Part shown: piece after piece, positions 25,274 to 33,985 of the stretch | How positions within the stretch are numbered: position 1 is the first letter of the stretch | How the letters are laid out: each line of letters begins with the position of its first letter | NCBI GenBank assembly: GCA_019745615.1 | Contig: JAIESZ010000110.1 | Span: 1 to 46,017, forward strand | Length of the DNA: 46,017 bases | Reading direction: 5' to 3' | Source: Burkholderiaceae bacterium | GTDB taxonomy: Bacteria; Pseudomonadota; Gammaproteobacteria; Burkholderiales; Burkholderiaceae_C | Made by a program: the position numbers and the translations under genes | The notes under the pieces: model-generated | What the model was told of the DNA's origin: nothing | The model's input: the letters and a program-made list of their open reading frames with translations, nothing else | Database searches by the model: none

Positions 25274-26494
25274 CTATGTTCGACGGTGGGGGTTTAGCAA
25301 GTTGGGCGGTGGCAATGTTCCAGCGGTACCCGTGGGGTATGTCGGGTGTGCTGGTGATGACGGTGGGAGCACTTGGGGCGGTCTTGATTCGGCTAGTGGG
25401 TTTAGGGCACCGCCGACATTCAAAGGTGCGGTTCCGGTTACGGTCTGCACAGGAGCAGGCGCGGTTTCGGCCTGTTTCGACGGTGTACCAACCGAAGGTG
25501 TTCCGGGGGCAGAGGCGACCGCCTGAACCTTGACGGTGTAGGGGTCAAACGGGGGATTGTCGAGCCATGCGCGGCACTCATCAGAGGTCAGACCCGAATC
25601 GGTGCCCTGTTGCGTGACACACTTACAGCGGCCCTTGAAACAGACAGCGCCAGAGACGAGCGGCATATTGACGACTTGCCGAAGCTGGTCGTATGCGGGG
25701 GCAGTCTCTGGCCGGTTCGAGATGCGTGGGACAAAGGCGATGCGCTCATCCAGTAGGCCGGAGGGCATAGCATCAGCGGGCAGGGTGCCCGTCTTGGGGT
25801 CATAGCCAATCACAGGGCCAGAGGCTGGAGCAGGGGCAGTCGTGGGCTTTGACTGGGCTACAGCAGGTGGGGTGGGCTGTATCTTGGCAGAGATGGAACC
25901 ATAGGCGCGCCAGCCAAGGAACCCGATAGCCAATAGAGCAGCCAATAAGACAAACAGCACACGAGGCACAGAACGCACCGGCTTGACGTGCAGAGATGCA
26001 CTTTTGTACTGACCGAAGATGTGCTTTGGCAGTTTGTAACGCTTTTTGACTGGAGCAGCTTTCCAGCCCGTGCGGCAGTTGTCGGCAGTCTCAGGCCATT
26101 CATACCACCAGCGCCCCAGAATACCAATATCACGCAAATGAACATGACGCCCAACCAGTGCCCGCACGTTGCTGTGTACGAGGTTTGGGCCTTGGGTGAT
26201 GATGTAGAAATCTAGGCCACGGTGGCGGTGGGTTTCGAGCTTCTGAATGCTATCCAGCAGTTTCTGACCGGGGCCAGAGGGACGCCAAACGGTTTGCACC
26301 TCATCAATGATGACGACTGCGCCATCAGGCACGGTATCGGGCCACTGTGCCGGGTCATCAAGGACGATATGAGGGATTTTCAGTTCAGGGATGCCGTGGG
26401 CATAAATGGGCCTGTCCTTGCCCAGTTCCTCCAGCATGGAGACCAACGCAGCCGTTTTGCCCGCACCGGGGGCACCTGTAATGAGGGTAATCAT
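25274..26494 (-). CDS. Zot-like assembly ATPase (pI)
   Basis: LITGAPGAGKT, IIDEVQ, THRHRGLD..IITQ; TM; PETAPAYD domain. Confidence 0.95.
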   Translation of the reverse strand: MITLITGAPGAGKTAALVSMLEELGKDRPIYAHGIPELKIPHIVLDDPAQWPDTVPDGAVVIIDEVQTVWRPSGPGQKLLDSIQKLETHRHRGLDFYIITQGPNLVHSNVRALVGRHVHLRDIGILGRWWYEWPETADNCRTGWKAAPVKKRYKLPKHIFGQYKSASLHVKPVRSVPRVLFVLLAALLAIGFLGWRAYGSISAKIQPTPPAVAQSKPTTAPAPASGPVIGYDPKTGTLPADAMPSGLLDERIAFVPRISNRPETAPAYDQLRQVVNMPLVSGAVCFKGRCKCVTQQGTDSGLTSDECRAWLDNPPFDPYTVKVQAVASAPGTPSVGTPSKQAETAPAPVQTVTGTAPLNVGGALNPLAESRPPQVLPPSSPAHPTYPTGTAGTLPPPNLLNPHRRT

Positions 26495-26772
26495 GTGCCA
26501 GACTTCAAACCAATGCGCTTCAACGCCACGAGGGAAACGGAGGCCACCAGCCCCCCGGAAATGATGCTCAGGGCCGTGATGCACCCGGATATGCTCAGGA
26601 TGGCGGCCACCTCAGGGGCAAGTCCAGACATGGCACCTTGAGCAGATGCAATCGCGGCATCCAATGCAGCCTTCAAGCCGACGTACGAGATGACACCAAG
26701 GCCCATAGCGGCCAGCACGCGGGAAACGATGGGCCACGCAATAGCGGCGAGGAAAGAGCCGAAACCGCCCAT
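26491..26772 (-). CDS. pVI-like minor coat protein (DUF2523-like)
   Basis: RVLAAMGLGVISYVG; position between pIII and Zot. Confidence 0.8.
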   Translation of the reverse strand: MGGFGSFLAAIAWPIVSRVLAAMGLGVISYVGLKAALDAAIASAQGAMSGLAPEVAAILSISGCITALSIISGGLVASVSLVALKRIGLKSGT

Positions 26773-26774
26773 GC

Positions 26775-28184
26775 TCACGTCCTCCTAGCCACAACGATGA
26801 CCATGGACACCGCAGAGAGCCACGCCATCGCAATCACAAGGGGGCGCAGGCCGGTAGCAAAGTCGCACACGGGCTGCCATGAGATCGAAACCTCTTTACC
26901 GGCCAACATAACGGAGCGAGGAGTGGGACAAGCCGCAGTGTCAGAACCCCAACCGGCCACCGGAGAAATGCTGATACTGATGTCTTCTTTGGCGAGTTCC
27001 TTAGCGTCTGGTGTATCCAGTTTCTGGCAAGCCAAAATCTCAGGATGCTTCTCACACAGTGACTGCTGTTCTTCAGGCTTTGCCTTGTCGTCTTTGCCGG
27101 GGTCAGTGGCGGGAGCGGGATTTGTTGCCGGGTCAGGCTGGGGGTTTAGCTCATCGGTTGATTTAGGCGTGGGGGACGTTGTGGGGCGGTTGACTGGCTG
27201 GACATCGACGCGCCAAGGCTCATCCAGTGTGGGACTGGGAACAATGCGCACACCAGGCTGAAAGTAGGGCTGGTTTTGCGGACTGGGGGCGGCGTTGGGG
27301 TCGTAGTTGGGGTTAGGTACAGGGTTGCCAGTAGGCACAAAGTAGGGCTGTGGCTTGGGGTTATCGCCGGGGGTGGGGTTGATGATTGGCTGTTCAACGG
27401 GTAGAGGGGTGCCGGGGGGCAGTTCATTAGGCACAGTAGAAGGCATGGGCCAATCGGCAGGAACATTCGGCCAAGGCTTAGGCTTCATTATTTCAGGTTC
27501 AAGTTGCTCAGGAGTAGTTAAAGGCGAATCAGAACCGGATTTAAGACGACACCCCGCAGGAGTAGTTTCCCAACCAGAAGGACATGGGGCAGGACGCGAA
27601 ACAATTGAAACTTGCCAACGATTAACAACCGTGACGACCGTACCATAAGCACCCATGCCAGTCCAATCAGCATAACAAACAGAACCCTGAACATGCCTAG
27701 AAACAGATTCACCGGGCCAACCAGACTGACAAGCTTTATCGGGAGACGAAAAATAACCATAACCAACAGAATACTGTTTCCCATCAGTTTCTTGTATGGT
27801 TTCGTTAGTCTTAACCCACATTTGTTTAGATTCATCCCACATAACTTTAGCAGCCGCCAAAAGAGAGGCGATGCCGATAGCAGCACGCAAACCGGGATGA
27901 GCAAAAATAGCCGCAGCAGCAAAACGCGGAGCATTGGCAGCTAGGCGCATAGCTGCGGGAACCTTAATAGCTTGCCCGCCAACATTCAAACCGGCATTCA
28001 CCCGAACTGTTTGATTTACCCATGCTGCCTCATTTGCCGCAGCATAACCATAGCGCGCAATCGGAGCGGCAGCAGGCATGGGTGCAAAACCGGCAGGCGG
28101 GGCAAGCTGGGCATAGCCAGCATGGGCCGAAACCCCAGCAACGGCTAAAAGGCACGCTGCGGCTAACTGCGAAAAACGAGCCAT
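26775..28184 (-). CDS. pIII-like adsorption protein (TspB-like)
   Basis: Signal peptide SAHA, Pro-rich linker, LCEKHPEILAC, CPTP, WQPVCD, C-terminal TM. Confidence 0.85.
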   Translation of the reverse strand: MARFSQLAAACLLAVAGVSAHAGYAQLAPPAGFAPMPAAAPIARYGYAAANEAAWVNQTVRVNAGLNVGGQAIKVPAAMRLAANAPRFAAAAIFAHPGLRAAIGIASLLAAAKVMWDESKQMWVKTNETIQETDGKQYSVGYGYFSSPDKACQSGWPGESVSRHVQGSVCYADWTGMGAYGTVVTVVNRWQVSIVSRPAPCPSGWETTPAGCRLKSGSDSPLTTPEQLEPEIMKPKPWPNVPADWPMPSTVPNELPPGTPLPVEQPIINPTPGDNPKPQPYFVPTGNPVPNPNYDPNAAPSPQNQPYFQPGVRIVPSPTLDEPWRVDVQPVNRPTTSPTPKSTDELNPQPDPATNPAPATDPGKDDKAKPEEQQSLCEKHPEILACQKLDTPDAKELAKEDISISISPVAGWGSDTAACPTPRSVMLAGKEVSISWQPVCDFATGLRPLVIAMAWLSAVSMVIVVARRT

Positions 28185-28234
28185 GTAGCCCCCAAAATCG
28201 CGGCTACGACCGCGTAAAACTCAGGTGTTGCCAT
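28163..28234 (-). CDS. 23-aa hydrophobic microprotein (pIX-like)
   Basis: MATPEFYAVVAAILGATWLVFRS*; bridges the upstream gene and the pIII start. Confidence 0.6.
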   Translation of the reverse strand: MATPEFYAVVAAILGATWLVFRS

Positions 28235-28571
28235 AATCGGAATGGGTTTCAGATTCGACGCGAACATGGCGCGCAAGCGCAGAAAGACCCCAAGCGGCCA
28301 GCCAAACAGCAACGATGGCCCAAGCGATAGACAGGCCATCAGACGCCGTTAAAAGGCCGCAGGGCTGCGGCTGGAGAGATACAGTGGAAACCAGAGGAAC
28401 GCCCCCAGCAAGAGGCGTGAGCGTGTAGATGATAGTGTTATCGGTGACGGACTGGACACCAACGACACGGGCCGTTCCACCGTCAACGATGACCGCACCC
28501 ACTTGGGACGAGGCCAGCGCAGACAAGGCGGAAGCCGGGGAGCTATAGCAAGCGGCACCAGCTTGGAACAT
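28221..28571 (-). CDS. Minor virion membrane protein
   Basis: MFQAGAACY...PQPC..DGLSIAWAIVAVW; C-terminal TM; follows the coat gene. Confidence 0.7.
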   Translation of the reverse strand: MFQAGAACYSSPASALSALASSQVGAVIVDGGTARVVGVQSVTDNTIIYTLTPLAGGVPLVSTVSLQPQPCGLLTASDGLSIAWAIVAVWLAAWGLSALARHVRVESETHSDYGNT

Positions 28572-28580
28572 CAGACAGCA

Positions 28581-28817
28581 TCAGGTACCGCGACGCAAGA
28601 GCTTGAAACCAGCAATGGCAATGACGATAACCAACACCAAACCGCCCAATGTAGTAACGTCGGTTTTAACATCACCCAAAGCGGTTTCAACGCCAGCAGG
28701 CAGGGCAGCATGAGCCTGACCGGCGAGCATCAAAACACCGGCACCAGCGGTTGCAACAGCGTTGCGGGCAGATTTCAGGTTCATTACTTCGAGACGGGCT
28801 TTCACAAACTTGGTCAT
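28581..28817 (-). CDS. Major coat protein (pVIII-like), prophage 2
   Basis: Leader ending QAHA; mature ALPAGVETALGDVKTD..TM..FKLLRRGT. Confidence 0.88.
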   Translation of the reverse strand: MTKFVKARLEVMNLKSARNAVATAGAGVLMLAGQAHAALPAGVETALGDVKTDVTTLGGLVLVIVIAIAGFKLLRRGT

Positions 28818-28846
28818 TTTATTTTCTTTCACGTAGAACAGTGCAG

Positions 28847-28903
28847 GATTGCACCCGAAAGCCCTCGACGTTTCACAACGCTGGAGAACTTTCGGCTGAA
28901 ATC
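28847..28903 (-). ncRNA. Conserved 57-nt hairpin upstream of the coat gene, copy 2
   Basis: Same length and fold as 20892-20948; GUGA loop. Confidence 0.6.
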
Positions 28904-28904
28904 A

Positions 28905-28920
28905 TGTTTCACATGAAACA
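28905..28920. other. parS-like palindrome
   Basis: TGTTTCACATGAAACA, 15/16 to TGTTTCACGTGAAACA. Confidence 0.4.
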
Positions 28921-28926
28921 TTATGT

Positions 28927-29861
28927 TCAGTGAATAGTGGGAGTTGAAAGCCAACTGAAAGGCCCGGAGGGGTTGATTTTCTTGGGGGTTTCCCGGATTC
29001 TGATAAAAGTAGTGAAGCAACTTCCGAGGGGCACCCATTCGGAAAATAAAACTTCTCCCGTGTCAGCATTGAAATAGCCGCCTCCCGGCGCAGGCTTGAA
29101 GCGCTCTCCGACTTGAGCATTACCCTGCACATACGCAGGCCACATAATCCAACGACGAATGTCGCGGCTAGACTCATCCAGACCACCGCAACCGTGAATT
29201 CTTGCGCCATGAGGAAAGGTTCCAACGTTTTTGGATTCGATCTTGCTTGCATATTTCATGAGATAAGCGACCGGGGCAGTTGAACGGAGCCGGTTACTCA
29301 TGCCATGAGGCCACATAGGTGGTTCGACATAGACATTGCCATGCCGGTCTTTGCGCCGCCATGCTGTATCAGCCTTGGGAGGGGTCAAACCAGCGGCCAG
29401 CCAGACAATGACGTGATAGTGAATAACGCCCCGTTGCTGGAGTTCAGCAACCCACGCATAACGGACAGTTTTGGAGCGCGTGCGGCTGTAGTGCCAGCGG
29501 CGGAGGCCGTCAAGGTAGCGGCTAATGTGTTCGGGTGCCCAGTCGCCGTTATCGCCCGCATAGGTCAAGGTTTGCATCCAAACCTGTTGGTTAAGGGGGC
29601 CTTGGTTGTGGAGCTGCTTTGCAGCCACGCTGCAGCCACGCCGAGACCCTTGCGAAGACGGGTCACACGGGCTTTTGCTTTATCAATCGTTAGCTTGCAA
29701 GTTGTTGATACTGAGACAAGCCCAGCCGCTGCGCGGCTCTCAGCCAGCGCTATGCCATCCATGCGCGTGTGCATAGGCTTGAATGCCAGCACAGAGGCAG
29801 GAACGAGCCCAGAAGCGACCTTGAAGGCCGAGACGTGGCTAGAGTGGACAGCGGCAGCCAT
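28927..29861 (-). pseudogene. HUH rolling-circle Rep (phiLf/Cf-like) frameshifted by an 11-bp tandem duplication
   Basis: TLTY, YAWVAELQQRG.IHYH, WPHG, YLMKYASK; removing one TGCAGCCACGC copy restores a 307-aa ORF. Confidence 0.85.
29620..29641. repeat. Perfect 11-bp tandem duplication
   Basis: TGCAGCCACGC x2. Confidence 0.95.
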
Positions 29862-29862
29862 G

Positions 29863-30057
29863 TTAGAAGCCTTCCCCGGCCACAGGTAGACCGTGGTGGG
29901 TATAGGTCAAATCAATGGAATAAATACCGTGCTCAAGGGTGGACAGGGTAAGGGTGATACCGTCCACATGCTTGTGGGCTTCTGCCTGTTCCGCCAGAAG
30001 CGAGAGCAGGGCAGATTGCAGGGCGACCAGCCGGGCGGCGTGGTGAGCGTCTTGCAT
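29863..30057 (-). CDS. Small hypothetical phage protein
   Basis: 64 aa, tightly packed between SSB and Rep. Confidence 0.6.
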   Translation of the reverse strand: MQDAHHAARLVALQSALLSLLAEQAEAHKHVDGITLTLSTLEHGIYSIDLTYTHHGLPVAGEGF

Positions 30058-30062
30058 GATGC

Positions 30063-30389
30063 TCAGACCGAAGCAGGAGTAAGGGACTTGAAGAAGTCTT
30101 GAGCAGCCTTGGCCGCTTCGGAATAGGTCAACAGCCGAATCTTGGAGATGGCAAGACGGGGGAAGCGTTCACGAGTCAGGTAGAGACCATCACCGGCCAT
30201 AACGTAATCGTTGACAGGGTAGGGCTTCTGGTCATCAGAAAGGAAAAAATCAAAGGCTTGAGGGTACTTGTCAGGGTTGCCTTTGGCATCTTTGAAGAAG
30301 CCCCAAGCCCGCTGTTTGCGGTAAATTTCGCCCTCTTTGGATTTGACAGTTTCGACGTCAGCAGAGTCCACTTGTACGCGAATGAACAT
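30063..30389 (-). CDS. ssDNA-binding protein (G5P/helix-destabilising-like), prophage 2
   Basis: Y.KQRA..YPQAFDF.L..DQKPYP..DY pattern; first phage gene. Confidence 0.7.
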   Translation of the reverse strand: MFIRVQVDSADVETVKSKEGEIYRKQRAWGFFKDAKGNPDKYPQAFDFFLSDDQKPYPVNDYVMAGDGLYLTRERFPRLAISKIRLLTYSEAAKAAQDFFKSLTPASV

Positions 30390-30430
30390 AGAAAGCCCGT
30401 TGGGTGTAGAGTTAAAGAAAGAGAAAAATC

Positions 30431-30479
30431 CGTATCCTTTTTGGATACGTCAGGGCGAAATGTACCCTAAAAGGAAACA
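30431..30479. promoter_or_regulatory. Two 19-bp operators in the control region of prophage 2
   Basis: CGTATCC-N5-GGATACG (30431-49) and degenerate TGTACCC-N5-GGAAACA (30461-79). Confidence 0.65.
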
Positions 30480-30482
30480 CAA

Positions 30483-30866
30483 ATGCAAGAGTTGACAGAA
30501 CTTTTAGAGAAAGCCGCAACGGTTTGCGGCAACTATTCACGTCTGGGCGAAGAACTGGGAGTGAGCCGCATGACAGTCAACCAGTGGAAGACAGGCGCGA
30601 AGCCATGCCCACCAGAAGATCAAGCGCGAATTGCTGATCTGGTGGGGCTTGACCCTGTAGAAATGCTGGTAAATGCGGTACTAGAGCGCCATGCAGGCAC
30701 TCCGAAGGGAGAGGCGCTTTCTCGCGTACTGGGAAAGTGGGCACCCACAAAGCAAAAAGCCCCTAGCGAGGTGCTAGGGGCTGATGCAAATTGGCGGAAA
30801 CGGACGGTTCAGGGGCACAGAGAATTCCATCCGTTGCCAGACGCCATTTTTAACCAGTTTCCATAG
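30483..30866 (+). CDS. Prophage 2 repressor; reads across attR into host DNA
   Basis: NYSRLGEELGVSRMTVNQWKTG HTH, PCPPEDQARIA; homolog of 23947-24270. Confidence 0.85.
   Translation: MQELTELLEKAATVCGNYSRLGEELGVSRMTVNQWKTGAKPCPPEDQARIADLVGLDPVEMLVNAVLERHAGTPKGEALSRVLGKWAPTKQKAPSEVLGADANWRKRTVQGHREFHPLPDAIFNQFP
30749..30782 (-). terminator. Phage-supplied terminator downstream of the tRNA-like att arm
   Basis: AGCCCCTAGC-ACCTC-GCTAGGGGCT-TTTTGCTTT on the minus strand. Confidence 0.75.
30791..30812. other. Right att junction (phage 2 arm / host arm)
   Basis: TTGGCGGAAACGGA, after which similarity to the middle junction ends. Confidence 0.8.
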
Positions 30867-31006
30867 AACAGCACTATCGGGCGTAGCATGAGTGCGCCAT
30901 TGTGGCTTAGTAGTAGCGGTTGGGCACTGCCAGCACAGCCATCGTCATACCTGAAAGTCGGGGGGGGTCTCTAGAATGGCGCGCCGCTCCTTGCTCTACA
31001 AACTCC

Positions 31007-31603
31007 ATGCGCACCATTTCTACCGAAGCCTCCGAGGTACCTGCACCACCAGCCAAAAGCCAGTTGACCCCTGCCGACTGGATTGCCGCCGCCACCCATG
31101 TGCTGCGCGATAAAAGTATTGATGCGGTGCGCGTCGATGTACTGGCCAAAGTGCTCAACGTCACGCGGGGCAGCTTTTACTGGCACTTTAAAGACCGCAA
31201 CGACTTGTTAGAGCGCGTACTGCAACGCTGGCGCGATACAGCTACCGAGCAAATCATTCAGCGCTTTGAAAAAAAGCCTCCTGAACAGCGCATCTGCGAG
31301 TTTTTAACGCTGCCCTTTCATGGCCAAACCGCACAAAACGCGGCCTCGATAGAGTTGGCCATCCGTGCTTGGGCGCGGCGCGGGGCGTTGGCCCGTCAGG
31401 CAGTAGAAACCATCGACAGCGACCGATTGGCCTACATAGCCCAATGCTTTAGCGAACTGGGTTTTAGCCCCGAAGAGGCCAAAATGCGTGCGTTCTTGGT
31501 CTATGGCTACATGGTGAATGAATCGCTGCTGCGCACCCAAGGCAGCGAGCAAGAGCGCTACGCACGCCGGGCGTTTGTCGAGCGCACCGTACTGGCGCGT
31601 TGA
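31007..31603 (+). CDS. TetR/AcrR-family regulator
   Basis: DWIAAA..L....IDAVRVDVLAKVLNVTRGSFYWHFKDR. Confidence 0.92.
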   Translation: MRTISTEASEVPAPPAKSQLTPADWIAAATHVLRDKSIDAVRVDVLAKVLNVTRGSFYWHFKDRNDLLERVLQRWRDTATEQIIQRFEKKPPEQRICEFLTLPFHGQTAQNAASIELAIRAWARRGALARQAVETIDSDRLAYIAQCFSELGFSPEEAKMRAFLVYGYMVNESLLRTQGSEQERYARRAFVERTVLAR

Positions 31604-31618
31604 GAGCCCCGACAGCCA

Positions 31619-33037
31619 CTAACAAGGCAATACTGGCGACTTGCGCCCCCACTTTTCTAAGCAACGCCAAAGCATCAGCGCAAACGCCACAGCACACAGT
31701 GCCAAGGCCAAGCCACTGCTGATCCAAAAAGTGGCTGGTGAAGGCTGCGCGGGCCACGAGCCAACACCGTGGTAAGCCAAGGCATAGCCACCGCCCAGCC
31801 CCGCGCACCACAACAGCACGCTATAAACCAGCAGCGGTGCCACCGTGATGCCATAGCAGCGCAGCGCAAACAGGCAAAAGCATTGCACAGCATCGAGCAG
31901 ATGGTAAAGCGCCACCCAGCCCAGCAACTGCGCCGCCAGTGCCACCACCGCCGGGTGTTCGGAATACAAACTAGCTATAGAGCCTTTAAAGCCCCACATT
32001 GCCGCCGTGAGCACACAGGCCATCAGCGCGACCAGCCCAAAGCCGGTCAGGGTGGCATGGCGGGCATGGGCCTCTTGGCCCGCGCCGCGCCAAAAGCTGA
32101 TGCGGGCGCTGGCGGCAATCGCCAGCGACAGCGGCACCATGTAGAGCACAGCGGCCAAGTTGGCCGCAATCTGGTGGGCACCGGCTGCCGTGGTGCCTTG
32201 GCGGGCAATAAACAATGCCATCAGCGTGAACGAAGTTACCTCCACCAGCACCGTCAGCCCGGCGGGCACGCCCAAGCGTAAAAACTGCCACAGTTGCCGC
32301 ACATCGGGGCGCTCTAAGCGCTGCCACAGGTGCAGGGGCAGGTAAATCTCTTGCGTACGCGACAGCCAAACAGCCCAACTGAGCATGGCTGCATACACCA
32401 CTAGCGTGGCCCAAGCACAGCCCACGGCCCCCAACGCTGGCACGCCCAAGCCGCCAAAAGTCCACCATACCGACAGCAGCACCTTGAGCGGCAACGCCAG
32501 CACCTGAATCGACGTAATCAGCCGAGGATGTCCAATGGCTTGATTCAGGGTACTAAACAGCCGAAACAGCAAGGTCAAAGGCAAGGCCAAAGCCAACACG
32601 CCCAAATACTGGCCCACCATAGGGTGCAACAACGCGGGCACTTGGGCTACTGCCAGCAAAGGCTCCGGGTGCTGGAGCACCACCGCCCCCAGCGCTGCGG
32701 CCAGCAGCCCCAAATACAGGGACTGGCGAAACGAGGCCCCCATATGCGTATTTTGCTGCGCCCCACGCAGCTGGGCCCAGACCGGCAACAAGGCTTGCAA
32801 CACCCCCACTAGCCCCACTGAGATACTGAGGAAAATGGCCGAAGCCACCGACAGCGCTGCCAGCGACGCCTCGGCATGGCGTCCGGCCACAATCGTGTCG
32901 GTGATGCCAAAGGCCATCACCGCCAGTTGCCCCACCAGCACCGTGCCCGCATGGCGTGCAATGGTGGCAAGGTCAGACCAGCGCTGGGGCGTTTGGGGTA
33001 TGGGGGGCTGGGGTACAGCAGGAGAGGTCGAATTCAT
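31619..33037 (-). CDS. MATE-family efflux transporter (NorM-like)
   Basis: DTIVAGR, LG.VGCAWAT, LGVP..L..LVEVTSF, AHQIA; about 12 TM. Confidence 0.92.
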   Translation of the reverse strand: MNSTSPAVPQPPIPQTPQRWSDLATIARHAGTVLVGQLAVMAFGITDTIVAGRHAEASLAALSVASAIFLSISVGLVGVLQALLPVWAQLRGAQQNTHMGASFRQSLYLGLLAAALGAVVLQHPEPLLAVAQVPALLHPMVGQYLGVLALALPLTLLFRLFSTLNQAIGHPRLITSIQVLALPLKVLLSVWWTFGGLGVPALGAVGCAWATLVVYAAMLSWAVWLSRTQEIYLPLHLWQRLERPDVRQLWQFLRLGVPAGLTVLVEVTSFTLMALFIARQGTTAAGAHQIAANLAAVLYMVPLSLAIAASARISFWRGAGQEAHARHATLTGFGLVALMACVLTAAMWGFKGSIASLYSEHPAVVALAAQLLGWVALYHLLDAVQCFCLFALRCYGITVAPLLVYSVLLWCAGLGGGYALAYHGVGSWPAQPSPATFWISSGLALALCAVAFALMLWRCLEKWGRKSPVLPC

Positions 33038-33055
33038 GCAGGCGGGGGTTTACTC

Positions 33056-33814
33056 TCAAGGATGCAGGCTGGCCACAGCAGCCAGCAGGGGTGCTGGCGA
33101 CACCGCTGTGGGCGACTGAAACGGGTTGCCCTGCACCAGCACAATGGCTGCCGTGGGCGCGGCTGCCAGCGCAAACAGCAACACCGCCACCAACGCAGCG
33201 CGTGGCTGCGTGACATGCACCACCGCAATCGACAACAACGTGACCAAGCCTAAAAAGCCCATTGCCAACCACTTAAGCGGGTTAACGTGCGTTTGGCTCA
33301 GGCCCGCACGCACATCGCGCTGATCACGCGTAGCCATCACTTGGTCGAGCATCAGCTTTTGTACCACGGCCCCAGCACTGGCTGCGGTAGTGGGGCTAGC
33401 CAGCAGCGTCAACAAGGCATCAGCGTATTGCGCAACGCCGCTACTGCTGCGCCGCTGGGCCAGCAAAGGCCACTCGCCTGCACTGGCTTGGGCGTAGGCC
33501 ACGGTGGCCGCTTGCACCTGTTGGCGCAAAGGTGGAGCCAGCGTACCAGACAGCACCGCCAAGCTGCGCAGCGCATCGGCCTCTTTGAACACCGCATTGA
33601 CAGCACGGTCGCGGGCACTCCAAGTGTCATTGGCTAAAAAAGCCAGCGTCAGGCCAAACAGCACGCTGATGACATTGATAAAGGGCGGTGCCACACCACT
33701 CAGTGTGCCCAGCCAAGGGCCGGTACGCGGGTGGTGCAAGCTGCGCTGCACCAATGCGGCAGCCAAGCAAGTGCCAGCTACCGCCAACACGGCGTAGCCA
33801 TAGTGGTCATACAT
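33056..33814 (-). CDS. DUF4239/bestrophin-like membrane protein
   Basis: LFGLTLAFLA..W, EA.AL, EWP, NPF motifs; start 33814 or 33865. Confidence 0.65.
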   Translation of the reverse strand: MYDHYGYAVLAVAGTCLAAALVQRSLHHPRTGPWLGTLSGVAPPFINVISVLFGLTLAFLANDTWSARDRAVNAVFKEADALRSLAVLSGTLAPPLRQQVQAATVAYAQASAGEWPLLAQRRSSSGVAQYADALLTLLASPTTAASAGAVVQKLMLDQVMATRDQRDVRAGLSQTHVNPLKWLAMGFLGLVTLLSIAVVHVTQPRAALVAVLLFALAAAPTAAIVLVQGNPFQSPTAVSPAPLLAAVASLHP

Positions 33815-33985
33815 TGACCAGTTGGCTATCAAATGCAACAAAATGTAAGGTTTTTGTTCATCCATGAAAAATTAAGTGAGCAAATGTAAGTGAATCCAAA
33901 GAAAATTATTGATAATTTCATTTGCCGTGATCTTGCGTACAAGCGTCTGCATGCTTCATGCCTGTGTCGGTTAGGGAGGAAAATA

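Larger units (their letters stand above)
24265..30804 (-). mobile_element. Filamentous prophage 2 (inovirus, about 6.5 kb) with frameshifted Rep
   Basis: SSB-Rep-coat-pIII-pVI-Zot-recombinase, divergent repressor; bounded by TTGGCGGAAACGGA repeats. Confidence 0.9.

Noticed and set aside
15239-30804. dif/XerCD integration, CRISPR array or diversity-generating retroelement
   Set aside because: No dif-like 28-mer noticed at junctions, no regularly spaced repeats, no reverse transcriptase.
30792-30862. Possible tRNA on the minus strand (GGAAAC...GTTTCC-GCCA, 71 nt)
   Set aside because: Only a 6-bp acceptor-like stem; no D arm, anticodon arm or TTCGA T-loop; the 3' end is the phage att arm.
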